Assembly (NCBI GenBank): GCA_009692785.1
Contig: SHYN01000001.1
Span: forward strand, 1 to 46,537
Source: Chloroflexota bacterium
GTDB taxonomy: Bacteria > Chloroflexota > Limnocylindria > P2-11E
DNA length: 46,537 nt
Direction of reading: 5' to 3'
A program made the translations under genes and the position numbers. A model generated the notes under the pieces. That model worked only from the letters and a program-made list of their open reading frames with translations. It had not been told where the DNA came from and searched no databases. This document shows positions 46,295-46,537 of this stretch, one piece after another. Every line of letters begins with the position of its first letter. The first letter of the stretch is position 1.

Positions 46295-46301
46295 GACAGA
46301 A

Positions 46302-46537
46302 ATGATCGGGAATAAGCCGGCAGCCGCCACCGCCTTCCATGTCTCGACCCGCGGGGAGTACGGGATGCGCCTCATGGTGGATCTCGCACGTCACCACGGC
46401 GAGGGGAGCGTCTCCCTGCACGCGATTGCCGCACGTGAGGAGCTCCCGGAGGCGTACCTCGAGCAGCTCGTTGCCGCGCTTCGCCGGAGCGGCCTCGTGA
46501 CGGGCAAGCGCGGTGCCGGCGGGGGCTACATCCTCGC
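46302..46537 (+). CDS. Rrf2-family transcriptional regulator, 3' end truncated by the window edge
   Basis: 'HVSTRGEYGMRLMVDLARHHGEGSVSLHAIAAREELPEAYLEQLVAALRRSGLVTGKRGAGGGYIL' is the Rrf2 winged-helix signature. Confidence 0.85.
   Translation, partial: MIGNKPAAATAFHVSTRGEYGMRLMVDLARHHGEGSVSLHAIAAREELPEAYLEQLVAALRRSGLVTGKRGAGGGYIL

Overview
46.5-kb, very GC-rich bacterial window with no sign of rRNA, tRNA, CRISPR arrays or transposases. Spot counts give about 78% GC in the first 60 nt and about 55-57% in a small islet near 18.1 kb. Roughly 48 genes are present and almost all lie on the + strand. Thirteen junctions use 4-nt GTGA/ATGA stop-start overlaps. Order of content: (1) A complete propionyl-CoA to succinyl-CoA route: split B12 methylmalonyl-CoA mutase, MeaB, an archaeal-style three-subunit acyl-CoA carboxylase (pccB, accC, BCCP) and the epimerase. 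A membrane-anchored penicillin-acylase-family gene and a C26 glutamine amidotransferase are embedded in it. (2) Three translationally coupled ORFs of unknown function (11.3-14.3 kb). This is my best candidate for something undescribed. (3) t6A genes tsaE-tsaB-rimI-tsaD, with a 50-bp duplication of the tsaD start region that creates a coupled uORF, followed by an SCP2-like gene. (4) A lower-GC decayed islet: a DinB/ClbS-like pseudogene and an AbrB-type antitoxin paired with a Doc toxin that has lost both its start codon and its catalytic His. (5) HD phosphohydrolase, Nudix and gcvT-gcvH-gcvPA-gcvPB. (6) A signal-less SH3b-NlpC/P60 peptidase, followed by three Opp/Dpp-type ABC importer loci (four binding proteins, six permeases, only one ATPase pair) and an MsbA-like exporter. 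(7) A minus-strand alpha/beta hydrolase-cupin-YHS operon. (8) A His-rich CDF transporter, a YjjX-type ITPase/XTPase and a 3'-truncated Rrf2 regulator with a palindrome in its promoter region. All family calls come from reading motifs in the translations, and no database search was possible. Gene organisation (split mutase, gcvPA/PB, separate AccC/BCCP) suggests a Chloroflexota/Terrabacteria-like organism, but that is only a guess.
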